From the NCBI GenBank assembly GCA_045541795.1, contig JAZQJV010000018.1, positions 118,236 to 182,235 on the forward strand: a stretch of DNA of 64,000 nt. Direction: 5' to 3'. The notes under the pieces are model-generated. The model saw only the letters and a program-made list of their open reading frames with translations, did no database searches and was not told the DNA's origin. Shown piece after piece: positions 7,356 to 17,197 of the stretch; the stretch's first letter is position 1, and the number at the start of each line of letters is the position of its first letter. The translations under genes and the position numbers were made by a program. The stretch comes from Patescibacteria group bacterium. Its GTDB lineage: Bacteria > Patescibacteriota > Microgenomatia > UBA1400 > PJMF01.

Positions 7356-8429
7356 ATGAAAAATCATCGAAAATTCCATCCTCGCATTATTGTCAATATC
7401 ATCTGTCTTTTTTCATTGGCATTATCTCACATTATTTTTTCGCTACCGATTAAAATAATTGATACAGTTTATGCCGTCGAGCGTGAAACTGTCACTGTGA
7501 GCCGTGTGATTGATGGTGATACAATCGTTTTGAATGATGGGCGAAAGGTTAGATATATTGGAATTGATACACCAGAAACAGTTCATCCAACAAAAAATGT
7601 GCAGTGTTTTGGGAAACAAGCCAGTAACAAAAATAGAGAATTAGTCCTTGGTAAAACTGTGGAACTGGAAAAAGATATCAGTGAAACTGATCGCTATGGA
7701 CGTTTACTCAGATATGTATATTTGGATGGCGTCATGATTAATCATAAATTAGTCGCTGAAGGTTATGCCACAACCGTAACCTATCCTCCAGATGTTAAGT
7801 ATAAAGAAGAATTCTCCAAAGCTCAGGCGCAGGCAAGACAAGCAAGACTTGGGCTATGGGGTAATGAATGCAACGAAAGCAGCAGCACTCACGCATCCTC
7901 AAACAACAATGCTAGCTCAAATACAAATAAAATGGATTCGTCAAGCACATCGTCATCATCTCAAAACAACAAAACTCAAAATGACCATGAAGGCAACCAA
8001 GCTTCTACTCAACCAACTAACACTAGCGCACAAAAATGTCCATCAAATTGTAGTGAGGCCAAAAGCATGGGAATGGTTAACATTACACCGTCGCATCCAT
8101 GCTGGCAAGAAAAATTTGATGGCGATAAAGATGGCGTGGGTTGTGAAAGTGACAACCGGTCTACCAATACAAAAACAACTAACAAATCCAATAATGTCAA
8201 TAAACAGACCAGTGCTACGCCGGCACCCACGCCAGTGCCAAGTCGCGCCCCAACGCCAGAACCAACCCCACCGCCTACGTCAGTGCCAGCTCCAGCTGCG
8301 CCAACCCAATCTTGTCCAAATAACTGTACCCAAGCAAAGGCAATGGGAATGGCCAATATGACACCTTCTCATCCTTGTTGGCAATCTAAATTTGACCGAG
8401 ATAAAGACGGTATTGGTTGCGAAGACTAG
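7356..8429 (+). CDS. secreted thermonuclease (SNase-like) with two C-terminal Excalibur calcium-binding domains
   Basis: N-terminal TM/signal segment. SNase core (VSRVIDGDTIVLNDGRKVRYIGIDTPE...DRYGRLLRYVYLDGVMINHKLVAEGYA). A PT-rich linker is followed by two copies of C.xNC..AK.MGMxN.TPSHPCWQ.KFD.DKDG.GCE (Excalibur DxDxDG...CE). Confidence 0.7.
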   Translation: MKNHRKFHPRIIVNIICLFSLALSHIIFSLPIKIIDTVYAVERETVTVSRVIDGDTIVLNDGRKVRYIGIDTPETVHPTKNVQCFGKQASNKNRELVLGKTVELEKDISETDRYGRLLRYVYLDGVMINHKLVAEGYATTVTYPPDVKYKEEFSKAQAQARQARLGLWGNECNESSSTHASSNNNASSNTNKMDSSSTSSSSQNNKTQNDHEGNQASTQPTNTSAQKCPSNCSEAKSMGMVNITPSHPCWQEKFDGDKDGVGCESDNRSTNTKTTNKSNNVNKQTSATPAPTPVPSRAPTPEPTPPPTSVPAPAAPTQSCPNNCTQAKAMGMANMTPSHPCWQSKFDRDKDGIGCED

Positions 8430-8438
8430 AAAGTAAAA

Positions 8439-9119
8439 ATGTCACAAAAAGATAATAGCAAACATTCTTGCAGAATAATCATGGCCGCATTGCTAGTGCT
8501 TCTAAGCATTGCATTGCTGCATAAATCTTTTTTTGCTGCCGCCTTCACTATCTGCTACGCATATCTCATCTCGCCACTATCAATTCAATTGGTAAGTAAA
8601 ATATGTAAGAAAGAAAATGAGAAATGGCTATATTCAACCATGACTTTTATTTTTGCTCTTTGCTGGATGACCACAATTCAAACTGGTCAGCCACAAATGG
8701 ATAATGTGTTAACGCAAAATAGTGAAAAAAACGCATCGCTAGAGAATGCGTCAACACAAAATAATGAAAAAATCGCTTCACTAGAAAAAGAGCTCCAATC
8801 AGTTAAGAACGAAAGAGATGAAATTCAAGCAAACAACCAAAAAAGAGCCATTTCAGCTGCCAAATCATATTTGGAATACAGTCCAATGTCGAGCCGAGAG
8901 TTGATTAAGCAACTCGAGTTAGAAGAATTTTCTCATGAAGACGCAGCATACGGTGTAGAGCATGCTGATATCAATTGGAACGATCAAGCATCACGGTCAG
9001 CAGTCCTCTTTATTGAGTTTGCTAATCCGTCAACCGAAGAATTAAAAAAACAACTTGAGTACGAAGGTTTCACAAGCAACGAAATAAAATTCGCCATTGA
9101 GCATAATAGTAATGGGTAA
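8439..9119 (+). CDS. membrane protein with tandem Ltp-family (host cell surface-exposed lipoprotein-like) domains
   Basis: Two N-terminal hydrophobic segments, then two repeats fitting the Ltp pattern (AISAAKSYLEYSPMSSRELIKQLELEEFSHEDAAYGVEHADINWNDQA, then SRSAVLFIEFANPSTEELKKQLEYEGFTSNEIKFAIEH). Confidence 0.6.
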   Translation: MSQKDNSKHSCRIIMAALLVLLSIALLHKSFFAAAFTICYAYLISPLSIQLVSKICKKENEKWLYSTMTFIFALCWMTTIQTGQPQMDNVLTQNSEKNASLENASTQNNEKIASLEKELQSVKNERDEIQANNQKRAISAAKSYLEYSPMSSRELIKQLELEEFSHEDAAYGVEHADINWNDQASRSAVLFIEFANPSTEELKKQLEYEGFTSNEIKFAIEHNSNG

Positions 9120-9148
9120 ATGACTCTATTGCTTCCAGTAAGGAAAGT

Positions 9149-9490
9149 ATGCCATCTACCAAAAGTTACCTTAATCACCTTCTAACTCAATTCTCGCAGT
9201 TGGATGATATTTCTTACCGCTCGATGATGGGGGAGTATATCATTTATTTCAAAGGCAAAGTAGTAGGTGGAATTTATGATGATCGATTTTTGGTCAAGAC
9301 AACAAAATCTGCACTCGCGTTGATGCCAAACACAAGCAAAGAATTACCATATCCCGGTGCGAAAGAAATGTTGTTGGTAGACGATACGGGAGACAAAGTA
9401 TTTTTACGCGAGCTGCTGACCGCGATATATGAGGAGCTGTCAGTGGTAAAGAAAAAAGAAAGCACATTAAAACGTTTATTAACGAATTGA
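9149..9490 (+). CDS. TfoX/Sxy N-terminal domain protein
   Basis: MMGEYIIYFKGKVVGGIYDDRFLVK resembles the TfoX_N core (MFGG.G.y.ng.mFa.i.dd.LylK). The ORF is 113 aa and has no C-terminal TfoX domain. Confidence 0.45.
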   Translation: MPSTKSYLNHLLTQFSQLDDISYRSMMGEYIIYFKGKVVGGIYDDRFLVKTTKSALALMPNTSKELPYPGAKEMLLVDDTGDKVFLRELLTAIYEELSVVKKKESTLKRLLTN

Positions 9491-9502
9491 CATTCATTGT
9501 CC

Positions 9503-10165
9503 TCATCTTTGACGTCTCGCTCTCTCCATATACTCTCTTTGCACCCGCATAAATAATTCCTTATCTGCCAAAAGCGTCCGGATCTCATTTAAAAAACGCT
9601 CGTACTCCGGATCAGAAAAAAAGTATTTCGCATAGCCGCCCTCACCAAATTTTTCTTTCAGGTGTTGCCAACTTCTCACAAACAATTGCTCGTCACTAAA
9701 ATCCGGATGTAAATTTTTACCATACACAAAACTTCGATACAAACAATCTTCTACGCTCGTATTTCTGTCCGCCGTGGACACAATTTTCCCGTACACGCTC
9801 CGGGGCTCGTGATTGCTTGAAGCACGATGATCTTCGATTGCCTCTTTAATCAGTTTTAATTGTTTACCGCTAAAAAAATCAGGCAAATGCTTATCCTCAC
9901 TCATCATCCGCGCAGAAATAATCTCATGCTTGGCTGGATCAATGTGATGTCCCAGATCATGATAAGCAGCCACAGTGTAGACAATGTCTAAGTTAACGTC
10001 GGTCAGTTTTTGCGCCAAGTTAATACTTCTTTCAATGACATATTTAATGTGTTTTAAATTATGAGCTGGCTCATTTTGAGCGTACTGCGGGAAAACATTT
10101 TGCTGGATGTATGTTTGTAATTTTCTATTGACGGTAGGATAAAAATTATTTTCTAACATAAACAT
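9503..10165 (-). CDS. HD-domain phosphohydrolase
   Basis: H..HD motif (HNLKH...AAYHDLGHHID) plus a downstream D. The start is reassigned to the ATG of MFMLENN because a TGtTATAAT -10 lies inside the longer TTG-initiated ORF, making the transcript leaderless. Confidence 0.6.
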   Translation of the reverse strand: MFMLENNFYPTVNRKLQTYIQQNVFPQYAQNEPAHNLKHIKYVIERSINLAQKLTDVNLDIVYTVAAYHDLGHHIDPAKHEIISARMMSEDKHLPDFFSGKQLKLIKEAIEDHRASSNHEPRSVYGKIVSTADRNTSVEDCLYRSFVYGKNLHPDFSDEQLFVRSWQHLKEKFGEGGYAKYFFSDPEYERFLNEIRTLLADKELFMRVQREYMERARRQR

Positions 10166-10269
10166 TACTATATTATAACACGAGCAGACATTTTGAAAGC
10201 TCAAAAATATAGCGTCCAGTTTTTACAACTTTCGCTCATTTCACCTTACCGGTATGGTATAATACCCCT

Positions 10270-10695
10270 ATGCAAAAATCAAATAATCTTATTTCAATTA
10301 TTTTGTGTGTGATCGCGGTGGTGAGTCTCGCTCTCAATGTCTACTGTGTCAATCAAAAACACACTCAGCCGGCGCCATCAAGTCAACTTGCCGAGGCACA
10401 GGCGGCCTACAAACTTTACATCGTCATCCCAGATAGTGTCACTGATACAGATAATTACATCCGTGAGCTGGAAACAATACTTGCCAATCGTGTCCCCGGC
10501 TACACGATGTATCCCACTCGTGGCGGCTCGCATGAAGACGACGGCAGCATGAGTTATCAGACCACTTTGGTCTGCGAGCTTTACGGCACTGATAAACAAA
10601 CTGTCACCCAAATTGCCCATCAAGTGATGACCAGTTTTAATGTGAACAGTGTGCCGGTGGCAACTCTTAGTTCACAGTGGGAAATAATTCGTTGA
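10270..10695 (+). CDS. hypothetical membrane-anchored or secreted protein
   Basis: N-terminal hydrophobic segment (LISIILCVIAVVSLALNVYC). No known motif. The promoter ggtaTGgTATAAT ends 8 nt before the ATG. Confidence 0.4.
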   Translation: MQKSNNLISIILCVIAVVSLALNVYCVNQKHTQPAPSSQLAEAQAAYKLYIVIPDSVTDTDNYIRELETILANRVPGYTMYPTRGGSHEDDGSMSYQTTLVCELYGTDKQTVTQIAHQVMTSFNVNSVPVATLSSQWEIIR

Positions 10696-10735
10696 CGATC
10701 ATTACTGTGTAAAACTGGTACAAAACGCTACAGGT

Positions 10736-11833
10736 ATGGTGCAAACATTGATTAGGCGCTATTGGCAAACTGCATTCGCTGTTGTCCTCGTGTGTCTGTC
10801 ACTGTGGCAGCTGAGGTCTTTGTGGACTCTTCACCAATTAGATTTTCACGTTTATTATCAAGCTGGTAAAGCTTGGCGAGATGGCGGTGATCCTTATGGC
10901 GATCTAGGTCTTGGTGAAAGTTTGACCTTCCTTTATCCCGCCCCTGCTTTGCTTATCTTTTGGCCGCTTTCATTTTTGGATCTGGAGACAGCACAAAAAG
11001 TGTGGTTGCTCATCAATCTGAGTTTGATTTTTGCCAGTGTTTATTTGTGTCTCACGCTCCATCGCACGAAAATTGCCTTAGCATCAGTAATGCTGTTTTA
11101 TGCTTTTGTCCTGCAAACATTTAGCGTCAAGTATAATCTTGGCATGGGGCAGATTAATGTTTTAGTGTTATTTTTGGTTTTATCCACCTGTCACTTGCTT
11201 TCTCGCCAGCATACAAGGTTAGCGGGTTTCTTTTTAGGGCTGGCGGGCGTCGTTAAAATCTGGCCTTTGGCCTTGTTGCCGTTTTTGTTATCTAAAAAAC
11301 AGTGGACAGTGTCTATAGTCGCCATTCTCACATTTTTGCTGCTTCAATTGCCTTGGTGGCAGACGACGGCGCGCAGTTTTGCCGCTGTCAGCGCGCACTT
11401 ACATACGGCAGGGTCAATCAGCGATGACGTCTACGACCAGTCGTTTATTGTTGCCCTTAATCGTCTGATGAATTGGTCGGGATGGAAAATAGTAGTGCCG
11501 GCCGCGATGATCGCCATTTACGCCTTTGTAAGCTATCGCTTTGGCCAATGCTTACCAATTGATGAAGTTTGCTTGTTTCTAATCATTCCCATCATTTTTG
11601 CGGCGTCGCCGGTGTACGCTCACTATCTGATTTATCTTTATCCGTGCTTATATCTATTACTCCGGCGCCATTGGCTGGCTTTGCTGTGTGCTTGGTTGTC
11701 GGTGCAAATTAAAATTGGTACGGATACAGTGTGGTATTTACGCTCGTATTATGCATGGTGGGCAGCATTGCTTTGTATTATAGCATTGGTTTATGGCGGC
11801 AGCAAAAAGAATTGGCATCGACTTCCCGTATAA
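10736..11833 (+). CDS. polytopic membrane glycosyltransferase, DUF2029/GT87-like
   Basis: DFHVYYQAGKAWRDGGDPYGD in the first loop resembles the DUF2029/PimE-type signature. More than 9 predicted TM segments. Confidence 0.5.
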   Translation: MVQTLIRRYWQTAFAVVLVCLSLWQLRSLWTLHQLDFHVYYQAGKAWRDGGDPYGDLGLGESLTFLYPAPALLIFWPLSFLDLETAQKVWLLINLSLIFASVYLCLTLHRTKIALASVMLFYAFVLQTFSVKYNLGMGQINVLVLFLVLSTCHLLSRQHTRLAGFFLGLAGVVKIWPLALLPFLLSKKQWTVSIVAILTFLLLQLPWWQTTARSFAAVSAHLHTAGSISDDVYDQSFIVALNRLMNWSGWKIVVPAAMIAIYAFVSYRFGQCLPIDEVCLFLIIPIIFAASPVYAHYLIYLYPCLYLLLRRHWLALLCAWLSVQIKIGTDTVWYLRSYYAWWAALLCIIALVYGGSKKNWHRLPV

Positions 11834-12025
11834 ATTTTCTCCTGGTGTCGCGTTTCGGGTTTGTACCTAGGTAATTCCAATTTCCTTTTCGCATTTTTTA
11901 TGGTATAATCACGCATCTTACTCACTTTCACGGTCAGATCATCACGGTTTTGCTCGTGGAGGCGGGTGAAATCAGATCTTTGACAAGTGAAGTGAAATCA
12001 TACATCCTTAAAGGAGGAATTTCCA

Positions 12026-14049
12026 TGAAGTTGAAGTTTTGGGTTTTGAGTTTGGCAGCAGTGTTGTGTTTCCCCGCTCTTGCGTCTGGTGCGAGCATCG
12101 AACAGATCTTGGCTAGCATGAGTACTAGCGATAAGATCTGTCAGCTCCTGATCCCAGCCTACCGCAAGACGGCCAGTAATGACGCCACTGTCTTAAGCAG
12201 CGACGCGGCGGCACTCATCAGTCAGTATCCTTTTGGTGGTTTTATCGTTTACGGCGAAAATCTTGTCGACAATGACGCCGGCGTCCGGTTCATCCATGAC
12301 GTCCAACGTGCTAATATCAGCGCTGATACCGGCCGGCCGCAATTGCTCGTAATGACCGATCAGGAAGGAGGCCTAGTCTATAGGCTTACTCACGGCACAA
12401 GCGGCATCTCGCCGATGGCTATGGGTGCGGCTAGAGACAGCACTGCCACTCAGACGATCGCCAAAATCCTAGGCACTGAAGTGTCGGCCCTCGGCATTAA
12501 TTGTAACCTCGCTCCAGTACTCGACGTCGTCACCAATCCGCGCGGTTATATCGGCCTGCGGGGTTTCGGCATTGATCCGCAGCTGGTAGCCGATCAAGCC
12601 AGTAGCTATCTGCGCGGCCTGCGGGAGGCGGGTGTCCTAGGGGCAGTCAAACATTTCCCCGGCACAGGCAGCGCTCAGGAAAACACAGATGGGGCCAATT
12701 TGCCCGTCGTCATTAGTAAGACCCTTGAAGAGCTAGAGTCTTGCGATCTCATTCCTTTCCGCCAGGTGATCAAGCAGGGCCTGGTAGACATCGTGATGGT
12801 TTGCAATGACAGTTTTTCAAGTATAGAAACGCGCCAATTTACCGGCTCTGACGGCCAGCAATATGCCCTCCCTGCTTCAGTTTCCCCGGCGATTATCAAT
12901 GACCTGCTGCGCTGTGGGCTCGGCTTTGACGGCCTGGTGCTCACTGATGCACTCTTGGGCACAGTCATGGCCGCACAGTTTAGTGCCGTGCAAGTCTTAG
13001 AGTTGGCTTTGCAGGCAGGCGCCGACATGATGCCGTACGCTTTAGACCTCAACTCAGTCGCGAGTGTGGCGGCATTCCAGCAGGCCCTGGAGACTTTCAC
13101 TGCACGGGTGGACGCGGATCAACAATTGCAAGGTCTACTAGACACTGCTGTCAGGAGGATTTTGACGTTTAAAAGTCGCCATGAACTCCTGACTCCGTAT
13201 GCTCGCTCAGATTCTTGGGCGGCTAGTCAGGCACAGACGGTACTCCAGAATGTCAGCAACCAGGCTCATCACGACCTCCAGTGGCCGGTTGCTTTGAGTG
13301 CGGTCACGCTGGTGGAAAACCGTAATCAGGCTTTGCCGCTTAGCGGTGATGAGAGAGTGGCCATCCTCTATTATTACGCTAGTCAGGAAGCATCAGTGCA
13401 ACTTGCTCTTGACCGGCTTGTAGCTGACGGTCAGCTGACAAGCAGCCAGGCGGCAGACGTCCTTAATCTAGACGTCCACGACGAAAACTTAAGCGAACTG
13501 CTCACCGGCGTGGACACCGTAGTCATTTTAAGCTCTGTCTATTATGAATCGGAGTTGAGCCCAGATTCTCCCTCTCCTTACAGCGACGAAATCAGTATCG
13601 TGCTGCCACTCCTGTCAGAACTCGCTGGTCGTGGAGTCAAAATCATTCACGCCAGTTGTCATCTTCCTTACGACATCGGGCTGTATCTGGGGCGAGTGGA
13701 TGCCATCCTGGCTTGCTATTTGGCCAACGGGATCTCCCTTCCTATCACCACACCAGATAATCAGCCTCGTTACGGCGTTATGGTACCGGCACTCGTTTAC
13801 AAGCTTTTTGATCAGCGGGGAGATTTTTCCGCCCGACTGCCCGTAGACATTTACACTATTAATGGCGGGCAGTATCAGCTAGACGATGTCCTTTTGTCTC
13901 GCGGCTGGGGTCTGACACTGGCTGGTGACGTCATCACTGATCCGGTAGCGACTCACCAGAGCTCTAGCGGCGGCTGTAATGCTTTGTCGGGATTGTGGCT
14001 GTGGACGGGCATTCTTGTTTTCGCCTCTAGCAAAAAGTACCACTGCTGA
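12026..14049 (+). CDS. secreted glycoside hydrolase family 3 (beta-N-acetylhexosaminidase-like)
   Basis: Signal peptide (MKLKFWVLSLAAVLCFPALASGA). GH3 N-domain motifs (LVMTDQEGG, GINCNLAPVLDV, KHFPGTGSAQENTD). The AAAGGAGG ribosome-binding site lies 8 nt upstream. The leader is about 115 nt from TTTTATGGTATAAT. Confidence 0.7.
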
Positions 14050-14088
14050 TTTCACCAGTCTAGCCAAACTAGACATCTTGTCAATCGC

Positions 14089-14112
14089 GCCGCCCTGTAT
14101 AGGGCGGCTTTT
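14089..14112 (+). terminator. rho-independent terminator between convergent genes
   Basis: gccgccct / gtat / agggcggc followed by TTTT. Confidence 0.6.
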
Positions 14113-14125
14113 ACGGTGTTAATTA

Positions 14126-15766
14126 CTATTTGGCCCCAAGTTTAGCTTCACTAGTGGCTGGTTTTTGCTCCCACAAAATAAACTCTTCTCCCCGCTGCAG
14201 GATTTGATAATTACTCAGCAATGCTGCCGGGAAAAAATAACCTTCATCATCTATCGTATAAGCAGCATACTCATATTCGGGAGCGTATTCATGCTGCATC
14301 TCACTGCTACCGTAGCGTGTTACTATCAGGTCTGGTGTCCGCTTGGCTATCATTTCGATGATCTCACTAAATACTTCTGGCGCCCCGGCGCGTGATAGTG
14401 TTGGCACCATGTAGTAACGCCCAGCATTGACAGCATTTGTCCCGTGGAAAAACGTATACCAACTATACGGATACAAAGCCAAAAGTTTTGGCGCGGGCGC
14501 ATAGCTCATGATGGCCGTCATGACATCTTGTTTTTCGGCGTAGATAAAATCCCTCGTGCTCTGGTAATTACGACTCAAAACAGCTGCTGTCGCCAGCACG
14601 CAGATCACACTATAAGCGGCAAATTCTGGCAAGTGAGGTTGCAAAATTTTCTCGTCCAATACCAATATTAGCATCAGCGCCAAAATCCCCATCACCCAAA
14701 ACCAATCATAAAAATGCCCGAAAACACCGTTAAAAACGATCCCGCCAACCAACAATGAGATCAGCAACACTTTAAACTGTACCGGGCACTTTTTCAAAGT
14801 TAAAAATAGCACGCTCACGAGTAAGTACACGAGCGACCAGGTGTGATTGGCTGGCAAATTCCACATCAAAGCCAATTGCTCCATGATTTTGAGGATTTTA
14901 GCCACCAAACTACCACCGGCTTGATTACCATAAGCACGAAAGGGAAGAAGAAAATAATGATAAATCAAATCAGCCCAAGCTCCATGAACGGTATACCAGG
15001 CAGCAACCAACAAACACACGCCCAAAAAACCGCCACCAAAGCCGGCCCAGAGCCTTATTTGGTCGCCCGCGCGCCGCTTAGAAATCCAGCCTAGGTAACC
15101 CAGTGTCACCAAAAAAATCCCAATATCTGTGTACTTACACCAAAAAACAACTCCAGCTAGCAAGCCCAAAATGACACTAGCTACCAATTTAGACTTGCTA
15201 GGCAATTTGGTCCAGTTTTGCGCCAGGAGCACACATCCCAAAGTGCATGTTAAAAGCAAACTCCCGATCGAACCCAAAGCGGGTGCAATCGGCTGTGGCG
15301 GTAGACCTAGATATACCAATACTGTGGCTAAAAGCGCCAGAACCAGCCGATATTTTTCTTGTACCCGCACTGACACTAAAATTTGGTGCAGCAAAAAGAA
15401 ATTGACTAAAGCGAGACTGCATTGCACCAAAAACATCCCCCGGAAGACATCACCAGGGTAAAGCAGACCTATAAGACCCCACCAATACATCCATATCGGG
15501 CCTTTCATGTCAAAAAAGTCCCGGTGTGGGAGCTCTCCACGCCGGATAAAATCACTATAAGTAGCGTAAATGCCAAAATCATCACCCAGACCAAAAACTG
15601 ACTGCAACGGCGAGAAAGGACTGGCAAGCGTCACCACGCCTAAAATAGCAAAGCAAGTAATGAAAATACCGAAACACAGCCGAAATTTTGTGTTTTCTTG
15701 CCAATAAGTAATTAGTTTGTGCATATTTGCTATTATATCATACCAAGTATTCTTCACGCTTAGCAA
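14126..15766 (-). CDS. polytopic membrane protein, possible GT-C-type glycosyltransferase
   Basis: More than 10 hydrophobic segments. The first loop (GDDFGIYATYSDFIRRGELPHRDFFDMKGPIWMY) resembles the acidic or KPPL-type loop of GT-C enzymes. C-terminal soluble domain. Confidence 0.4.
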   Translation of the reverse strand: MLSVKNTWYDIIANMHKLITYWQENTKFRLCFGIFITCFAILGVVTLASPFSPLQSVFGLGDDFGIYATYSDFIRRGELPHRDFFDMKGPIWMYWWGLIGLLYPGDVFRGMFLVQCSLALVNFFLLHQILVSVRVQEKYRLVLALLATVLVYLGLPPQPIAPALGSIGSLLLTCTLGCVLLAQNWTKLPSKSKLVASVILGLLAGVVFWCKYTDIGIFLVTLGYLGWISKRRAGDQIRLWAGFGGGFLGVCLLVAAWYTVHGAWADLIYHYFLLPFRAYGNQAGGSLVAKILKIMEQLALMWNLPANHTWSLVYLLVSVLFLTLKKCPVQFKVLLISLLVGGIVFNGVFGHFYDWFWVMGILALMLILVLDEKILQPHLPEFAAYSVICVLATAAVLSRNYQSTRDFIYAEKQDVMTAIMSYAPAPKLLALYPYSWYTFFHGTNAVNAGRYYMVPTLSRAGAPEVFSEIIEMIAKRTPDLIVTRYGSSEMQHEYAPEYEYAAYTIDDEGYFFPAALLSNYQILQRGEEFILWEQKPATSEAKLGAK

Positions 15767-15816
15767 TTAGCGCTCGCTTCAAACTACCCAAGATAGTCGC
15801 TTTCGCCCGGTTGGGT

Positions 15817-15844
15817 CTTGACAAATAGCGATTTTATGGTATAA
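15817..15844 (+). promoter_or_regulatory. promoter (TTGACA, 16-17-nt spacer, TGgTAATAA) abutting the infA start codon
   Basis: The -10 ends about 7 nt before ATG 15852, implying a leaderless transcript unless a downstream start is used. Confidence 0.5.
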
Positions 15845-15851
15845 TAAGAAT

Positions 15852-16175
15852 ATGGGTAAGGTACAAGCACATAAAAGAGCAGAAAAAGCCAAAAGACAGG
15901 TGAATTTTCAGCTGGATAAAGTCAAGAATCCAGACATGTTTGAATTTGAAGGCATTGTGGAGGACTGTCTGCCCAATACCAGTTTCCGCCTTAGCGTCAC
16001 CAGTTCCTCGCTCGAACCGCTTGTAGGTAAAAAACTGCTGGCGACACTAGCCGGCAAAATGCGCCTCTACCGCATCCGGGTGATGCCCGGTGATCAGGTC
16101 AAAGGATATGTGTCAAAATATGATCTAACTAAGGCAAAAATCACCTATAGATCCACAAAAAAGACTTCGGCGTAA
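15852..16175 (+). CDS. infA: translation initiation factor IF-1 with N-terminal extension
   Basis: The core (LPNTSFRL...GKMRLYRIRVMPGDQVKGYVSKYDLTKAKITYR) aligns to IF-1 (LPNTMFRV...GKMRKNYIRILTGDKV...PYDLSKGRIVFR). Confidence 0.75.
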   Translation: MGKVQAHKRAEKAKRQVNFQLDKVKNPDMFEFEGIVEDCLPNTSFRLSVTSSSLEPLVGKKLLATLAGKMRLYRIRVMPGDQVKGYVSKYDLTKAKITYRSTKKTSA

Positions 16176-16245
16176 ATTGGATGTACATTCTTGATAAATT
16201 GTGATATAATAGCGATTCTTAACAGGGAAAAAATGAGAAAGAAAA

Positions 16246-16359
16246 ATGAAAGTCAGATCGTCAGTTAAACCACTCTGCAATAAGTGTAAAGTAGTCAAGC
16301 GTCGTGGCGTCGTGCGTGTAGTCTGCACGAATCCAAAACACAAACAAAGACAAGGTTAA
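16246..16359 (+). CDS. rpmJ: 50S ribosomal protein L36
   Basis: [37 protein letters not shown] matches L36. It is not in the ORF track because it is under 60 aa. An extended -10 tgTGaTATAAT lies upstream at 16201-16210. Confidence 0.8.
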   Translation: MKVRSSVKPLCNKCKVVKRRGVVRVVCTNPKHKQRQG

Positions 16360-16367
16360 AGGTCAAT

Positions 16368-16778
16368 ATGTTGCGCATTTCAGGTGTTGATATCCCAGAA
16401 CAAAAGAAAGTGGCGTTTGCCCTCAGATACATTCATGGTGTCGGTCCTAAAGTGGCCGCAGACGTGATTCATCGCTCTAATATTGATGAAAACAAGCGCG
16501 CTCGTGATCTGACCTCAGAAGAGATCGGCCGTATCCAGACTGTATTAGAACAATATGTAATCGAGGGTGACCTCAAGCGCAAAGTAGCTGACGACATCGA
16601 CCGGCTCAAACGTATCCGTTCTTATCGCGGTTTACGGCATATCGCTGGCTTGCCGGTACGCGGACAACGTACCCGCACCAATTCTCGCTCAGTGCGCGGC
16701 AATAAGCGGACTACTATCGGTTCCATGACTAAGGAAATGGCGGCTAAACTGGAGGAAGCCAAAAATAAAAAAGGCTAA
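16368..16778 (+). CDS. rpsM: 30S ribosomal protein S13
   Basis: MLRISGVDIP...RYIHGVGPK...YRGLRH..GLPVRGQRT.TN.R. matches S13. Confidence 0.85.
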   Translation: MLRISGVDIPEQKKVAFALRYIHGVGPKVAADVIHRSNIDENKRARDLTSEEIGRIQTVLEQYVIEGDLKRKVADDIDRLKRIRSYRGLRHIAGLPVRGQRTRTNSRSVRGNKRTTIGSMTKEMAAKLEEAKNKKG

Positions 16779-16784
16779 TAGACT

Positions 16785-17186
16785 ATGAGAAAAAACCACA
16801 ATAATCGTCGTAATTTTAAGAAGAAAAGCAACAGAGTCGTTTCTAAAGGCCGGTTGTATGTGAGCGCTACCTTTAATAGTACCTTGGCCACCGTCACCGA
16901 CGAAAAAGGCAATGCGCTTTGCTGGTCATCCACTGGTGAATCTGGATTTTCTGGCGGTCGCAAATCTACACCTTTTGCCGCCACTGTCGCCGTGGAAAAC
17001 GCGCTCAATAAATCTAAGGCTTTTGGCATGAATGAAATTGATGTCTACATCAAAGGCATCGGCCCGGGGCGTGATGTCGTGCTCAATGTGCTGCGCGCCT
17101 CCAAAATGAAAGTAGGCATGATCGTGGACCGCACTCCTATTCCGCACAACGGTACTCGTTCACGCAAGGCAAAACATAATCGCTAA
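16785..17186 (+). CDS. rpsK: 30S ribosomal protein S11
   Basis: ATFNSTLATVTDEKGNALCWSSTGESGFSGGRKSTPFAA...TPIPHNG matches S11. Confidence 0.85.
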   Translation: MRKNHNNRRNFKKKSNRVVSKGRLYVSATFNSTLATVTDEKGNALCWSSTGESGFSGGRKSTPFAATVAVENALNKSKAFGMNEIDVYIKGIGPGRDVVLNVLRASKMKVGMIVDRTPIPHNGTRSRKAKHNR

Positions 17187-17197
17187 GGAATACTAAT

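Noticed and set aside
10166-10204. TTG-initiated N-terminal extension of the HD-domain gene.
   Set aside because: The promoter -10 (TGtTATAAT) lies inside it, so the ATG of MFMLENN is the start.
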